DNA of 64,000 nucleotides from Escherichia phage vB_EcoS_I14, in the sequence record PP892525.1. One strand, given 5' to 3'. The position numbers and the translations under genes were made by a program. The notes beneath the pieces were generated by a model, which ran no database searches, was not told the origin of the DNA, and was given only the letters and a program-made list of their open reading frames with translations. Positions 63,878 through 64,000 of the stretch are shown here, one piece after another (position 1 is the stretch's first letter; the number at the start of each line of letters is the position of its first letter).

Positions 63878-64000
63878 GTATTAAAAAGAATTTAGCAGAG
63901 ATTATTAAATTAGCTAGAGCTTGTAATGGAAAATGTGTTTCTCAGCTTAATGAACTAGAGGCACATGCAGTAGCATTTTGTGCAGAGTTTTATCCTGCAT
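63874..64000 (+). CDS. hypothetical protein, 3'-truncated by window end
   Basis: ATG 63874 overlapping the previous stop; ORF runs off the window. Confidence 0.35.
   Translation, partial: MSIKKNLAEIIKLARACNGKCVSQLNELEAHAVAFCAEFYPA

Noticed and set aside
1-64000. Integrase, transposase or other mobile-element or prophage boundary signatures
   Set aside because: No recombinase-like ORF or attachment-site-like repeat was seen. Gene content and promoter style fit a strictly lytic T5-like phage, with homing endonucleases as the only mobile-type genes.

Overview
This window reads as the early-gene region of a T5-like (Tequintavirus / Demerecviridae-like) virulent coliphage; all calls are from manual reading of the sequence and the ORF track, with no database search or folding run. 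Bases 1-23300 are a minus-strand replication block: SbcD-like nuclease, SF2 helicase, an 855-aa family-A DNA polymerase, primase, DnaB-like helicase, an NAD-dependent ligase split into two separately promoted ORFs, a large P-loop replication helicase, a zinc-less SIR2-like protein, a HAD-like phosphatase and anaerobic RNR NrdD. A divergent promoter region at 23266-23617 switches to a plus-strand block: PhoH, NrdA, NrdB, DHFR, ThyA, RNase H, a DEDDh exonuclease, a receiver-like protein, a secreted SleB-like hydrolase and an SPFH protein. A tRNA cluster (about 26 hand-called tRNAs, 35.7-47 kb) is interleaved with homing-endonuclease-like genes, small ORFs and ORF-free, apparently structured segments. 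Further right lie a candidate spanin pair, dNMP kinase, a ClpP-like protein, holin, a 137-aa endolysin, a thioredoxin-like protein, two metallophosphoesterases and many small ORFs. About 34 near-identical sigma70-type promoters (TTGCTT-17-TATAAT plus a downstream ATAAATT/GAGAGG box) and several hairpin terminators punctuate the window. No single undescribed system could be pinned down; the best candidates are the SIR2-like/HAD/tandem-paralog cluster (18283-20614), the ORF-free structured segments in the tRNA cluster, the 500-nt leader before the replication helicase, and the receiver-like protein next to a secreted hydrolase. tRNA coordinates and anticodons are hand-derived and several have weak stems, so they need tRNAscan-SE/ARAGORN confirmation.
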